Below, piece after piece: positions 18,925 through 28,518 of a DNA stretch of 64,000 nucleotides. Below the pieces are notes generated by a model. That model searched no databases. It worked only from the letters and a program-made list of their open reading frames with translations, and had not been told where the DNA came from. Numbering within the stretch: the stretch's first letter is position 1; every line of letters begins with the position of its first letter. The stretch comes from an uncultured Acidobacteriaceae bacterium (GTDB lineage: Bacteria > Acidobacteriota > Terriglobia > Terriglobales > Acidobacteriaceae): positions 803,422-867,421 of the forward strand of contig CAVRHZ010000001.1 of assembly GCA_963721125.1 (NCBI GenBank), read 5' to 3'. Both the position numbers and the translations under genes were made by a program.

Positions 18925-19707
18925 ATGCGGGGGAAGCCCAACCACTGGCAAGCACTTGTGCTAAGCCTCGCTGCCCTCGCAAGCGCCGGCTGTCGCCAGG
19001 ACATGCAGAACCAGCCCAAATTTGTTCCCCAGCGCAGCACCACCTTTTTCGCCGATGGCCGCTCCGTTCGGCCCCAGGTTGCCCACACCGTCGCCCGCGG
19101 CCAGTTAGACGAAAACAGCTTTTTCTATACCGGCTTGATTGAAGGCAAGGAGGCCGACGCGCTTCCTTTTCCAGTTTCCATGCAGGTGCTGGCGCGGGGC
19201 CAGGAGCGGTTTAACATCTACTGCACGCCCTGTCACTCCCGCGTCGGCAATGGCGCCGGAATGATTGTGCAGCGAGGCTACAAGCCTGCCGGCAACTTCC
19301 ACTCCGCGCGCATTCTGGCCGAGCCGCTGGGCCACTACTTCTACGTAATGACCCATGGATACGGCGCCATGCCCGATTATTCCGCCCAGCTCACACCGGC
19401 CGACCGCTGGTCGGTAGCCGCGTATATCCGGGCGCTGCAGATTAGCCAGAGCGCCAACCAGTCTGAGGTTCCTGCAGGGGTTCAGATTCAGAACCTCAAG
19501 GACATCGCAGAGCGGGAGGGATTTCCCGACTCCTTTGCACAGCCCTGGTCGTTGCCCGCGACCGCGGTCTCTGCCGAACCGCCCGATCCCAGCCAGGGAA
19601 CACCGGGAATGGCCCCAGCGACGTCAGATAGCCCGGTCCCTGCGATGAGCCAACAAGGCATTCCGGCCACCGGTGGCAAGGCAGCCGCGCCGCAGGGCAG
19701 GAAATAG
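18925..19707 (+). CDS. actE: ACIII subunit ActE, monohaem cytochrome c lipoprotein
   Basis: MRGKPNHWQALVLSLAALASAGC lipobox, a single CTPCH, and a P/A/S-rich C-terminal tail. The ORF is open from 18481, but that part crosses actD and the repeat. Confidence 0.8.
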   Translation: MRGKPNHWQALVLSLAALASAGCRQDMQNQPKFVPQRSTTFFADGRSVRPQVAHTVARGQLDENSFFYTGLIEGKEADALPFPVSMQVLARGQERFNIYCTPCHSRVGNGAGMIVQRGYKPAGNFHSARILAEPLGHYFYVMTHGYGAMPDYSAQLTPADRWSVAAYIRALQISQSANQSEVPAGVQIQNLKDIAEREGFPDSFAQPWSLPATAVSAEPPDPSQGTPGMAPATSDSPVPAMSQQGIPATGGKAAAPQGRK

Positions 19708-19716
19708 GAAGAAGAT

Positions 19717-21006
19717 ATGGCTCACGAGCACCACGCAAACACGCTACCCTCCGAGCTGAATGCTCCGCTGCTGCTCAATCAATGGCGGCGCCGGGCGATG
19801 GTCGTCGGCGCCATCTTCGCTGTTCTGTCGATCGTGCTGGCGCTCCTGGCCGCGACCGTCGATCACGACGGAATCGATCACCTGCTGCGCTCCTATTTAC
19901 TCGGATACATCATCACCTGGGGCTTCACGGTGGGCGGTCTCGCTCTGCTTATGGTGCAATACGTGAGCGGCGGCAAATGGGGCTTGCTGCTGCGCCGTCC
20001 GCTGGAGGCGATGTCGCGCTGCCTTCCCCTGGTCATGGTCCTGTTTTTGCCCATCGGCTTCTTCATGAAAAAGCTGTACCTGTGGGCAAAATACAGCGAC
20101 GCCGCGGAGGCCTATCGCCAGCATCTGATCACTCACGAGCAGGCACATGCCATTGCCTACAAGCACCCCATGCTGAACGTGGGCAGCGTGTGGATACAGA
20201 CAGCAGTCTGCTTCGCGATCTGGTTCGTGTTCATGCACCTGCTCAACAAGTGGGGATTGCAGCGCGACGCCGACCCTCATCCCAACGTGCGCTTCTGGCA
20301 GGTGAGGCTGGAAAATCTTAGCGGCTTCGGCATCCTGGTCTATTCCATCACCATGAGCGTTGGCGCCATCGACTGGGTCATGTCGCTTGACCCAACCTGG
20401 TACTCGTCCATTTACGGGCTCATGTTCCTGGTCGGGCAGGGCTACGCGGTCCTCGCGCTCTCCATCATCACAGTGATTCGGCTGTCCCAGGTGGAGCCGA
20501 TGCACACGCTACTCCGCAAGACTGAGCAACACGACCTGGGCAAATTGGCGTTCGCCTTCGTCATGTTGAATATCTATCTGGCCTTCTCCCAGTTCCTCAT
20601 CATTTGGTCGGGAAATTTGCCGGAAGAGATTCCCTGGTATCTCGACCGTATTCGCGGCGGCTGGGGCGTGATCGCTTCACTCGATTTCGTATTCCACTGG
20701 TTCATTCCCTTTACCCTGCTGCTCTCGCGCGACCTGAAGCGCAACAAGGACCGGTTGGTCCTGGTATGCAAGATCATGATCTTCGCCCGCTGCTGGGACA
20801 TGTTCTGGTTGATTGAACCGAACTTCGCCGATGCCCGGCGGAACCTGCACTTCAGCTTTGGGATCCTGGAATACGCGACCGTACCGGTGGTCGTGATCTC
20901 GCTGTGGATGTGGTTCTATTTCGGCCAGCTGGAGAAGCGGCCGCTGATCCAGACCAACGATCCTCACCTGGAAGAGATTCTGGAGGCTGACCATGCCCAC
21001 GCATGA
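19717..21006 (+). CDS. actF: ACIII subunit ActF (second polytopic membrane subunit)
   Basis: 429-aa polytopic protein following actE, in the conserved ACIII order. Confidence 0.8.
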   Translation: MAHEHHANTLPSELNAPLLLNQWRRRAMVVGAIFAVLSIVLALLAATVDHDGIDHLLRSYLLGYIITWGFTVGGLALLMVQYVSGGKWGLLLRRPLEAMSRCLPLVMVLFLPIGFFMKKLYLWAKYSDAAEAYRQHLITHEQAHAIAYKHPMLNVGSVWIQTAVCFAIWFVFMHLLNKWGLQRDADPHPNVRFWQVRLENLSGFGILVYSITMSVGAIDWVMSLDPTWYSSIYGLMFLVGQGYAVLALSIITVIRLSQVEPMHTLLRKTEQHDLGKLAFAFVMLNIYLAFSQFLIIWSGNLPEEIPWYLDRIRGGWGVIASLDFVFHWFIPFTLLLSRDLKRNKDRLVLVCKIMIFARCWDMFWLIEPNFADARRNLHFSFGILEYATVPVVVISLWMWFYFGQLEKRPLIQTNDPHLEEILEADHAHA

Positions 21007-21658
21007 TCCCCATTATCAAGATGACCCAAAAGCCCCGCTGGCTGACTCGCCCGGCTATGAAGTCACGGACGTCAATGTCAACGGCATCGTCGTATTTCTC
21101 GCGTCCTTGGGCGCCTTCGTCGGGGTCTTCTTCATTTTCTGCTTCGGCATGGGCAAGGTAATCAACACCGCCATTATTAAGAGTGACGGGCCGCCCAACA
21201 AATGGAATCAGATTGCTTCGCAGCCCCGGGGTAAGCGTGAGGATCTGACATCGAATGCGGTCATGGAGCAGCAGCAGCTTAACCAGATGGTGCAGCGCTT
21301 CCCGACCCCGCGCCTGCAGACCGATGACGGCAACCAGGAGATCGCAGAAATGCACGCCCGGGAAGACTTGCTGCTCGACTACTACAGTTGGGTCGATCGC
21401 TCCAGCGGAAAGGTGCGCATCCCGATTGCCCGGGCAATGCAGTTGATCGCCGAGCATGGACTTCCTGTAGCCGAGGCGGAGCACACCGAAACCCTGCTGG
21501 CGGGCGACAAGGCGCCTGTGGTAACCGTGCCCCTCACCGATGGCTTCGCCCGAACAGGCTACGAGCAGCAATACAGGGAAACCGTAGAGCAACAGCAGAT
21601 GCGGGGTGAAAAACCGGGCGAGCAGGCAGCTCTCACGGTGGGCGCCGCAACAAAGTAG
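20993..21658 (+). CDS. Hypothetical single-pass membrane protein between actF and the SCO/cox genes
   Basis: 221 aa. One TM (GIVVFLASLGAFVGVFFIFCFGMG), then a soluble domain. 14-nt overlap with the actF stop suggests translational coupling. No motif recognised. Confidence 0.5.
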   Translation: MPTHDPHYQDDPKAPLADSPGYEVTDVNVNGIVVFLASLGAFVGVFFIFCFGMGKVINTAIIKSDGPPNKWNQIASQPRGKREDLTSNAVMEQQQLNQMVQRFPTPRLQTDDGNQEIAEMHAREDLLLDYYSWVDRSSGKVRIPIARAMQLIAEHGLPVAEAEHTETLLAGDKAPVVTVPLTDGFARTGYEQQYRETVEQQQMRGEKPGEQAALTVGAATK

Positions 21659-21735
21659 TCCCGCCAAGTCCGCGGTATTCGCAGCGGATCCGGGGCGACG
21701 ATACCATAGAGGTAGAAGGGCAATTGGGTGTTGGT

Positions 21736-22650
21736 ATGCAGATGAGAAGGACAATCCGATCGATCGGCGCAAGCGGCTGCTTTGTGCTGGCGGCGTCATT
21801 GCTCTTGGCTGCCGCGACGCCCGCACTGGCCCAGGTCGCTCCCTACGGCGAAAAGACCATGGGTGATCCGGCCCAGGACCGGCTGCCTGACATTCTCAAT
21901 ACGGTCAAGATCGAGCAGCGGCTGGGCAAGCCCTTACCTCTGGACGCTCCGTTTCGCGACGAGACCGGCAAAGCAGTCAAGCTGGGAGACTATTTCGGCA
22001 AGAAGCCCGTGATCCTCTCACTGGTCTACTACCAGTGCCAGATCCTCTGCGCCGAAGATTTGAACGGTTTAGTGGGCGCGCTTGAAATGGTGCACCTGAC
22101 CCCGGGCAAGGACTTCCAGATCGTCATCGTCAGTATCGATCCAGCCGAAACCCCTGCGCTGGCTGCGACCAAGAAGGCCGAGTACGTCAAACGCTACGGC
22201 CGTTTGGACACCGCAAACGGGTGGCATTTTCTTACCGGTGAACAGCCGGCGATCAAGGCCTTGGCGGCGGCTGTTGGCTTTGGCTACGTGCGTCTGCCCC
22301 AGCCTGCCGGCAAACCGCCGATGTTTGCCCATGCCAGCTCGATCGAGGTGGTCACACCCGAGGGACGGATGGCGCAGTACTACATGGGAGTCGAGTATTC
22401 GCCCAAGGATTTGCAGTTAGGTCTGGTCGAAGCATCACACAACACCATCGGCACGCCGGTCGACAATATCCTGACCTACTGCTATCGCTACGATCCGAAG
22501 TTGAACAGGCATAGCCTGGTGGTCGCCCGGATCGTACAGATGGGCTGCCTGCTAACCTTCCTGGGCCTGGGCAGCTTCATGGTGGTGAATTTCCGCCGGG
22601 ATTTCAAGCAAGCAGCGGAGCAGCAAACGCGAACGGGTAAAAAAGGGTAA
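21736..22650 (+). CDS. SCO1/SenC-family copper chaperone
   Basis: Signal/anchor MQMRRTIRSIGASGCFVLAASLLLAAA. Thioredoxin-like CxxxC (YYQCQILCAED). C-terminal TM. The ORF could also start at TTG 21724. Confidence 0.8.
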   Translation: MQMRRTIRSIGASGCFVLAASLLLAAATPALAQVAPYGEKTMGDPAQDRLPDILNTVKIEQRLGKPLPLDAPFRDETGKAVKLGDYFGKKPVILSLVYYQCQILCAEDLNGLVGALEMVHLTPGKDFQIVIVSIDPAETPALAATKKAEYVKRYGRLDTANGWHFLTGEQPAIKALAAAVGFGYVRLPQPAGKPPMFAHASSIEVVTPEGRMAQYYMGVEYSPKDLQLGLVEASHNTIGTPVDNILTYCYRYDPKLNRHSLVVARIVQMGCLLTFLGLGSFMVVNFRRDFKQAAEQQTRTGKKG

Positions 22651-22652
22651 CG

Positions 22653-23801
22653 ATGCATATAAGTCCAGTGCTGTGGCAGTTTCTCATCAGGTGGCTGACG
22701 AACTCTGCCCTATTTCCGCCGGAAGCCTCGGCGATTTCGCCCCAAATGGACGCTTTCTACTTCTTTCTGATAGCGATCTCGGCCGTGGGCATGATCGCGG
22801 TCATCATCCTGGTCTTCGGCTTCTCCATCCTGTATCGCAAGGAGAAGAATCCCGTAGCCACCCAGATTGAAGGTTCGACACTGCTCGAGGCCACCTGGAC
22901 AATCATTCCGCTGGCCCTATTCATGATCTGCTTTGTCTGGGGAGCGCTGCTCTATTTCCGCATATACGATCCACCCACCAACGCGATGAATATTTACATC
23001 GTGGGCAAGCAGTGGATGTGGAAGGCCGAGCACCCAGGCGGACAGCACGAGATCGACTCCCTGCATATCCCCATCAACCGGCAAGTGCAGCTGACCATGA
23101 TCTCGCAGGACGTCTTTCATAGCTTCTCCATCCCCGCTTTCCGGGTGAAGCGCGAAGTGATCCCGGGCCGCTATTCCACGGTGTGGTTTGAAGCCACTGC
23201 GACCGGAACCTACCATCTCTTCTGCACCCAATACTGCGGGACGGATCACTCTGCGATGATTGGAGAGATCGTCGCCATGACTCCCGATGACTACCAGAAA
23301 TGGGCTGCGGGCAGCACCAGCGGCGCATCGCTGGCGCAAAATGGGGAGCGCCTCTTCGCCAGCCTGGGCTGCAATTCCTGCCACTCCGGCGAGGCCAGCG
23401 CGCGCGGGCCCAATCTGGCCCAGGTTTATGGCTCCAGGCTGCAGCTAACTGACGGATCCTACGTCACTGCCAACGACGCCTATCTCCGCGAATCGATTCT
23501 CAACCCGTCTACCCGCGTAACCGCCGGCTATGCGCCGATTATGCCGACCTATCAGGGGCAGGTGAGCGAAGAGGGCCTTATCGACCTGGTCGAATACATC
23601 AAGAACCTCAATTCGAACTATCGAATCCAGCAAACGTTGACAGCAAGTCAACTCTCCACCGGGCAAGCCGGCGCGTCCAGTTCTGGCCCGACCTCTGCCC
23701 CTATGAACTACCGCACCCAGGAGACGCTGGGCGCCGGTCATGCTGGCCCAGCAAAGTCGGGCACGGCGGCACCTAAAGTGCCCGGGACGGTGAACCAATG
23801 A
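22653..23801 (+). CDS. coxB: Cytochrome c oxidase subunit II with fused cytochrome c domain (caa3 type)
   Basis: Two N-terminal TMs, CuA site HSFSIP...[13 protein letters not shown]-terminal CNSCH haem c motif, low-complexity tail. Confidence 0.9.
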   Translation: MHISPVLWQFLIRWLTNSALFPPEASAISPQMDAFYFFLIAISAVGMIAVIILVFGFSILYRKEKNPVATQIEGSTLLEATWTIIPLALFMICFVWGALLYFRIYDPPTNAMNIYIVGKQWMWKAEHPGGQHEIDSLHIPINRQVQLTMISQDVFHSFSIPAFRVKREVIPGRYSTVWFEATATGTYHLFCTQYCGTDHSAMIGEIVAMTPDDYQKWAAGSTSGASLAQNGERLFASLGCNSCHSGEASARGPNLAQVYGSRLQLTDGSYVTANDAYLRESILNPSTRVTAGYAPIMPTYQGQVSEEGLIDLVEYIKNLNSNYRIQQTLTASQLSTGQAGASSSGPTSAPMNYRTQETLGAGHAGPAKSGTAAPKVPGTVNQ

Positions 23802-25460
23802 GTACCATTGTTACGCTTCCAAATCAGCAGGATGCGCAGCTGCCGAAGCTAAGCTACCTCAACGCCGAGTACGGGATAAAGAGTTGGCTGCTCACCGGCG
23901 ATCACAAGCGCATCGCCATGCTGTATCTCTTCTCGATCACGTTCTTCTTCTTTATCGGAGGAGCCTTTGCCGGGCTCATCCGTCTGGAGCTGTTGACGCC
24001 GCTGCCGGACCTGGTTGCGTCCGACACCTACAACAAGCTCTTTACCATGCACGGCGTGATCATGATCTTCCTCTTCCTGGTGCCGTCGGTTCCGGCAACT
24101 GTAGGGAATTTCGTGATCCCGATCATGGTCGGGGCCAAGGATCTGGCGTTTCCCAAGATCAACCTGCTGAGCTGGTATCTGTACATTGCCGGCGCATGCT
24201 TCCTGGTCTTTGCCCTGCTTAATGGGCGGCGTTGACACCGGCTGGACCTTTACCACTCCGCTCAGCACTCACTACGTAAACACCCATGTGATCACGGCTG
24301 CTATGGGGGTCTTCATCGCCGGGTTCAGCTCCATCTTCACCGGCCTGAACTTTATCGTGACCATCCACCGCATGCGCTGCCCCGGAATGACCTGGTTCCG
24401 CTTGCCATTGTTCTGCTGGTCGAACTACGCGGCCTCGATCCTGATGGTGCTGGGCACGCCGGTACTTGCCATCACGCTGGTGCTGGTCATGCTCGAGCGC
24501 ACCGTCGGCATCGGCGTCTTCGATCCCACCAAGGGCGGAGACCCGCTGTTATTTCAACATCTATTTTGGTTCTATTCGCATCCCGCCGTGTACATCATGA
24601 TTCTGCCCGGTATGGGAGTGATCTCCGAGGTGATCAGCACCTTCTCCCGCAAGCGGGTCTTCGGCTACACCGCCGTGGCCTTCTCCTCGGTCGCCATCGC
24701 CGTCTTCGGATTCTTTGTCTGGGCCCATCACATGTTCATCATGGGCGTGTCCAATTACTCAGCGCTGGTCTTTTCGCTGCTGACCATGCTGGTCGCTGTA
24801 CCTTCCGCGATCAAGATCTTCAACTGGGCGGCGACTCTCTATAAGGGATCCCTCACCTTTGAGACCCCGATGCTTTACGCCTTCGGCTTTATGGGGTTAT
24901 TTACCATCGGCGGCCTCACCGGCGTCTTTTTAGGCTCTCTGGGCATGGATATCCATCTCACCGAAACCTACTTCATCGTCGCCCATTTCCACTTCGTGAT
25001 GGTGGGCGGCATGTTGATGGCTTACCTGGCAGGCGTCCACTTCTGGTGGCCCAAGATGACAGGCAGAATGTATCCCGAATCCATGTCGCAGTTGAGCGCG
25101 GTCACCACATTCATTGGATTCATCCTGACGTTCTTTCCCCAGTTCATCGTCGGCTACCTGGGCATGCCCCGCCGCTACCATGCTTATCCGCCCGAGTTCC
25201 AGGTGCTAAATGTATTGTCGACAGCAGGCGCCACGGTTCTCGGCATTGGCTATCTGCTACCTATGCTTTATATGCCCTGGTCACTCAAGTACGGTAAGAT
25301 CGCGGGCAGTAACCCCTGGCAGGCAACTGGCCTGGAATGGCAGATTCAATCTCCGCCGCTGACCGAAAACTTTATTGATATACCAATCATGGATCACGAG
25401 GCGTACGACTATGACTGGTTGGAGCACAAGACTGCACACGAGGTAACGGCCGTTGGATAG
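23798..25460 (+). pseudogene. coxA: Cytochrome c oxidase subunit I, split by a 1-nt frameshift (or sequencing error)
   Basis: ORF 23798..24235 (...[17 protein letters not shown]) continues in the +1 frame as ...[14 protein letters not shown]... (ORF 24186..25460, with [17 protein letters not shown] and HHMF). Removing one G from GGG at 24224-24226 restores LLNGGVDTGW. Confidence 0.9.
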
Positions 25461-26199
25461 TCAAGCGATCGCAACCGGGCACGCAGATCCCCATGAAGTG
25501 CACGACGAAGCGCATCCTGCTTACCTGCGCCACCATTTCGTCACGGTGGGGCAGCAGCGGGAAACCGCGAGCTTCGGTATGTGGCTCTTTCTGCTGACTG
25601 AAATCATGTTCTTCGGCGGCCTGTTCATGGCCTACCTGCTCTACCGCAACTGGTATTACGACGCCTTTGTGGCCAGCAGCAATACCTTGGGCATCGGGCT
25701 GGGAACTACCAACACGGCAGTTCTGATCCTCTCCAGCTTCACCATGGCCATGGGCGTCTACTCGGCGGAGATTCGCAACCGCAAAGGCCTGCTTGTTTCG
25801 CTCAGCCTCACCATCTGTTTAGGGCTGGTCTTCCTGGGCATCAAGAGCGTGGAGTATCACGAGAAGTACGTTGAGCACCACATCCCCGGGGCCAGCTTTA
25901 GCGTGGAAGACTTTGTCCATCCCACCGACAAGCGGGATGTTCCTCTTGCGCCGGATATGGCGCAACATGCGCAGCTCTTCTTCTTCCTTTACTTTGCCAT
26001 GACCGGCATGCACGCCCTGCACATGGTCATCGGTATCAGTATTTTGTTCGTTCTGCTCTACCAGGCGTGGCATGGGGCGTATGTCAACGGGCATACCTCG
26101 ACCATCGATAACTTCGGACTCTACTGGCACTTCGTCGATATTGTCTGGATCTTTCTTTTTCCGCTGCTGTATCTCATCAGCCGCCATCCTTTGAAATAG
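25453..26199 (+). CDS. coxC: Cytochrome c oxidase subunit III
   Basis: 248 aa. LRHHF...[18 protein letters not shown], ...[21 protein letters not shown] start overlapping the coxA stop. Confidence 0.85.
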   Translation: MDSQAIATGHADPHEVHDEAHPAYLRHHFVTVGQQRETASFGMWLFLLTEIMFFGGLFMAYLLYRNWYYDAFVASSNTLGIGLGTTNTAVLILSSFTMAMGVYSAEIRNRKGLLVSLSLTICLGLVFLGIKSVEYHEKYVEHHIPGASFSVEDFVHPTDKRDVPLAPDMAQHAQLFFFLYFAMTGMHALHMVIGISILFVLLYQAWHGAYVNGHTSTIDNFGLYWHFVDIVWIFLFPLLYLISRHPLK

Positions 26200-26218
26200 C
26201 TGGTAAAGGAGAGCCGTC

Positions 26219-26527
26219 ATGTCCGCTCCTGCAGAACACGAACATCACGTTGTCGGGCCCAAAACTTATTTGCTCATCCTGCTCGCGCTGATGGTGTTGA
26301 CGGCGACCACAACCGGTGTCGCCTACCTCGATATGGGTATCTTTAATCCCATCGTTGCGCTGGGTATCGCCTGCCTCAAGGCTGTGCTGGTCATTCTGTT
26401 CTTTATGCATATCCGCTACAGCTCCAGAGTGATGATGCTCACCGTCGGCGCCGGCTTCTTCACCTTCCTGGTGTTGATCACCATGACCCTATCCGACTAC
26501 ATCAGCCGCAACTGGGGCCTCTGGTAG
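26219..26527 (+). CDS. Cytochrome c oxidase subunit IV (small prokaryotic type)
   Basis: 102 aa, 3 TM, AAGGAG Shine-Dalgarno upstream, conserved position after subunit III. Confidence 0.75.
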   Translation: MSAPAEHEHHVVGPKTYLLILLALMVLTATTTGVAYLDMGIFNPIVALGIACLKAVLVILFFMHIRYSSRVMMLTVGAGFFTFLVLITMTLSDYISRNWGLW

Positions 26528-26579
26528 CTTCGCCAAGTTCCCCCGATTTCCTGTGAGATTGTTGGCGTTGTCGAACTCA

Positions 26580-26880
26580 TGCGGCTTTCTTTACTGAAAG
26601 CCGCACAAACTGTCATTCGCACCGCGTACCTGGGACGAATAAGATAGCCTTAGGTGTCTGCGTGAGAAACACGCGCGCCAAATTGAGTCCCGGAGGGACG
26701 GCTGAGAGTAGCCCAGGACGCAGTCCTGGGTTAGCATACGCGGGATGAGCAGTCCCGCAGGGACGGCTGAATGTACCCAGGACATGGTCCTGGGTCGGGT
26801 GCCCCGAATCACGGAGGTAGAAGTACCCCAGGATTGGCACCCTGAGTAATTTTCAGCCGTCCCTTCGGGACTCAATTTGG
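26580..26880. repeat. Composite intergenic repeat block
   Basis: Hairpin TGCGGCTTTC-TTTACT-GAAAGCCGCA (26580-26605). 28-nt inverted arms CCAAATTGAGTCCCGGAGGGACGGCTGA (26679-26706) / TCAGCCGTCCCTTCGGGACTCAATTTGG (26853-26880). Internal CCCAGGAC..GTCCTGGG hairpins and GGGTGCCCC at 26797. Confidence 0.8.
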
Positions 26881-26939
26881 AGAGTTCCTCCAAGTAGACA
26901 CGCGGGCTCAGGTCCTTCGCTTTTAGGCTGTTCCCTTCC

Positions 26940-28388
26940 ATGACATCCGACCCACAACTCCGTGATTTACCTGAGGCGCTGCGCAAGATCGCTGACAACC
27001 CCCGAGTCCTTGTCCGCCGCGCCGGACCCTTGGCCCCGGACGCGAAATGCGTTGTCTACTGGATGCAGCGAGCGGAAAGAGCCCTCGACAATCCAGCACT
27101 CGACATCGCCGTGGCAGTTGGTAACGCCCTCGATCTGCCGGTCCTGGCCTACTTCTCCGCCATCTCCAATTTTCCCCATGCCAACTGGCGCCACTATGCC
27201 TTCCTGAATCAGGGCCTGGCCGACATCGAAGAAGATCTGCAACAGCGGCAGATCGGTTTCATCGTGCGTCGTCCGCCGAAAAACTCCCTGGAAGCACTGC
27301 TGGCAGAAGTGAACGCGGCTATGGTTATCGGCGATGAGAATCCCTGCCGTGAGCCGGAGCGTTGGCGGAGGGTATTGGCGGGCCGTCTACGCATTCCCTA
27401 TTGGACGGTGGACGCCGACGTGGTCGTCCCATCCAACTTATTTGCCAAGGGGATGTACGCCCTGCACATTTTCAAGCCGAAACTCTATGCTGAGCTGCCA
27501 AAGTTTCTGCTCCCCCAGCCCGTGGTCAAACCGCACCGGGAATGGAAGCCATCGCAGCCGTTGGAGTCGTTTGCCGTGCGCGAGGATGTCACCGAAGGCT
27601 GGAAGAAGCTGGACCGCTCCGTTGAGCCAGTCGAAAGTTTCACTGGCGGCACCCATGCAGCACTGAAGCGTCTGCACGACTTCGTGAATAAAGATCTTGC
27701 TGCCTACGACCAGACACGCAACCATCCCGAGGTGGATGGCACCAGCCGGCTATCGCCTTACCTGCATTTTGGCCATATTGGCCCGATCACCATCGCACTT
27801 GCGGTCGATAAAGCATTCAAGGATGGCAAAGTTCCCCAGGCCGCCCGCGATTCGTATATCAGCGAGCTGATTGGCTGGCGGGAGCTGGCGGTGAACTTCG
27901 TCAAATTTACCGAAAACTACGATTCGTTTGACTGCGCCGAGCCCTGGGCTCGCAAAACTTTAATGGAGCACGCCCGCGACCGCCGGGAGTATCTCTATTC
28001 CATCGAGCAGTTGGAACGCTCCCAGACCCACGACGAGCTGTGGAACGCGGCCCAGAACCAAATGGTGAAGTTCGGCTGGATGCACAACTACATGCGCATG
28101 TACTGGGCAAAGAAGATCCTGGAGTGGTCTCCCGATCCGGCGAGGGCGTTCGATACCTGTGTCACCCTGAATGATCGCTACTTCCTGGATGGAAGGGACC
28201 CCAACGGATACGCGGGGATTGCATGGTCGATTGCGGGTAAGTTCGACCGGCCATGGTTTGAGCGCCCGATCTTTGGCACCATCCGCTATATGTCCGCTGC
28301 TTCCACCGGCAAGAAGTTCAATTCCAGGAAGTACATACAGAAGATGTCAGGGGATTTTACGCAAACTGGGTTTTGGACCCAGGAATAG
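26940..28388 (+). CDS. phr: Class II CPD deoxyribodipyrimidine photolyase
   Basis: 482 aa. VVYWMQRAERALDNPAL, SRLSPYLHFGHIG, MRMYWAKKILEW, LNDRYFLDGRDPNGYAGIAWSI, GTIRYMS. This is class II-specific sequence as in Methanosarcina and eukaryotic enzymes. Confidence 0.9.
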   Translation: MTSDPQLRDLPEALRKIADNPRVLVRRAGPLAPDAKCVVYWMQRAERALDNPALDIAVAVGNALDLPVLAYFSAISNFPHANWRHYAFLNQGLADIEEDLQQRQIGFIVRRPPKNSLEALLAEVNAAMVIGDENPCREPERWRRVLAGRLRIPYWTVDADVVVPSNLFAKGMYALHIFKPKLYAELPKFLLPQPVVKPHREWKPSQPLESFAVREDVTEGWKKLDRSVEPVESFTGGTHAALKRLHDFVNKDLAAYDQTRNHPEVDGTSRLSPYLHFGHIGPITIALAVDKAFKDGKVPQAARDSYISELIGWRELAVNFVKFTENYDSFDCAEPWARKTLMEHARDRREYLYSIEQLERSQTHDELWNAAQNQMVKFGWMHNYMRMYWAKKILEWSPDPARAFDTCVTLNDRYFLDGRDPNGYAGIAWSIAGKFDRPWFERPIFGTIRYMSAASTGKKFNSRKYIQKMSGDFTQTGFWTQE

Positions 28389-28518
28389 TGCGAGGTCGTA
28401 GCGGTATGCTATTTTCAAGATTGGTTTCCGACCGCCCGTCTCTCCCCTGAGCCCAAGCGGCAATTGCGCTAAGCTGCAGTCCTTGTTTGGTGTAGGAACC
28501 GCTTTGGGGAACGAAGGC

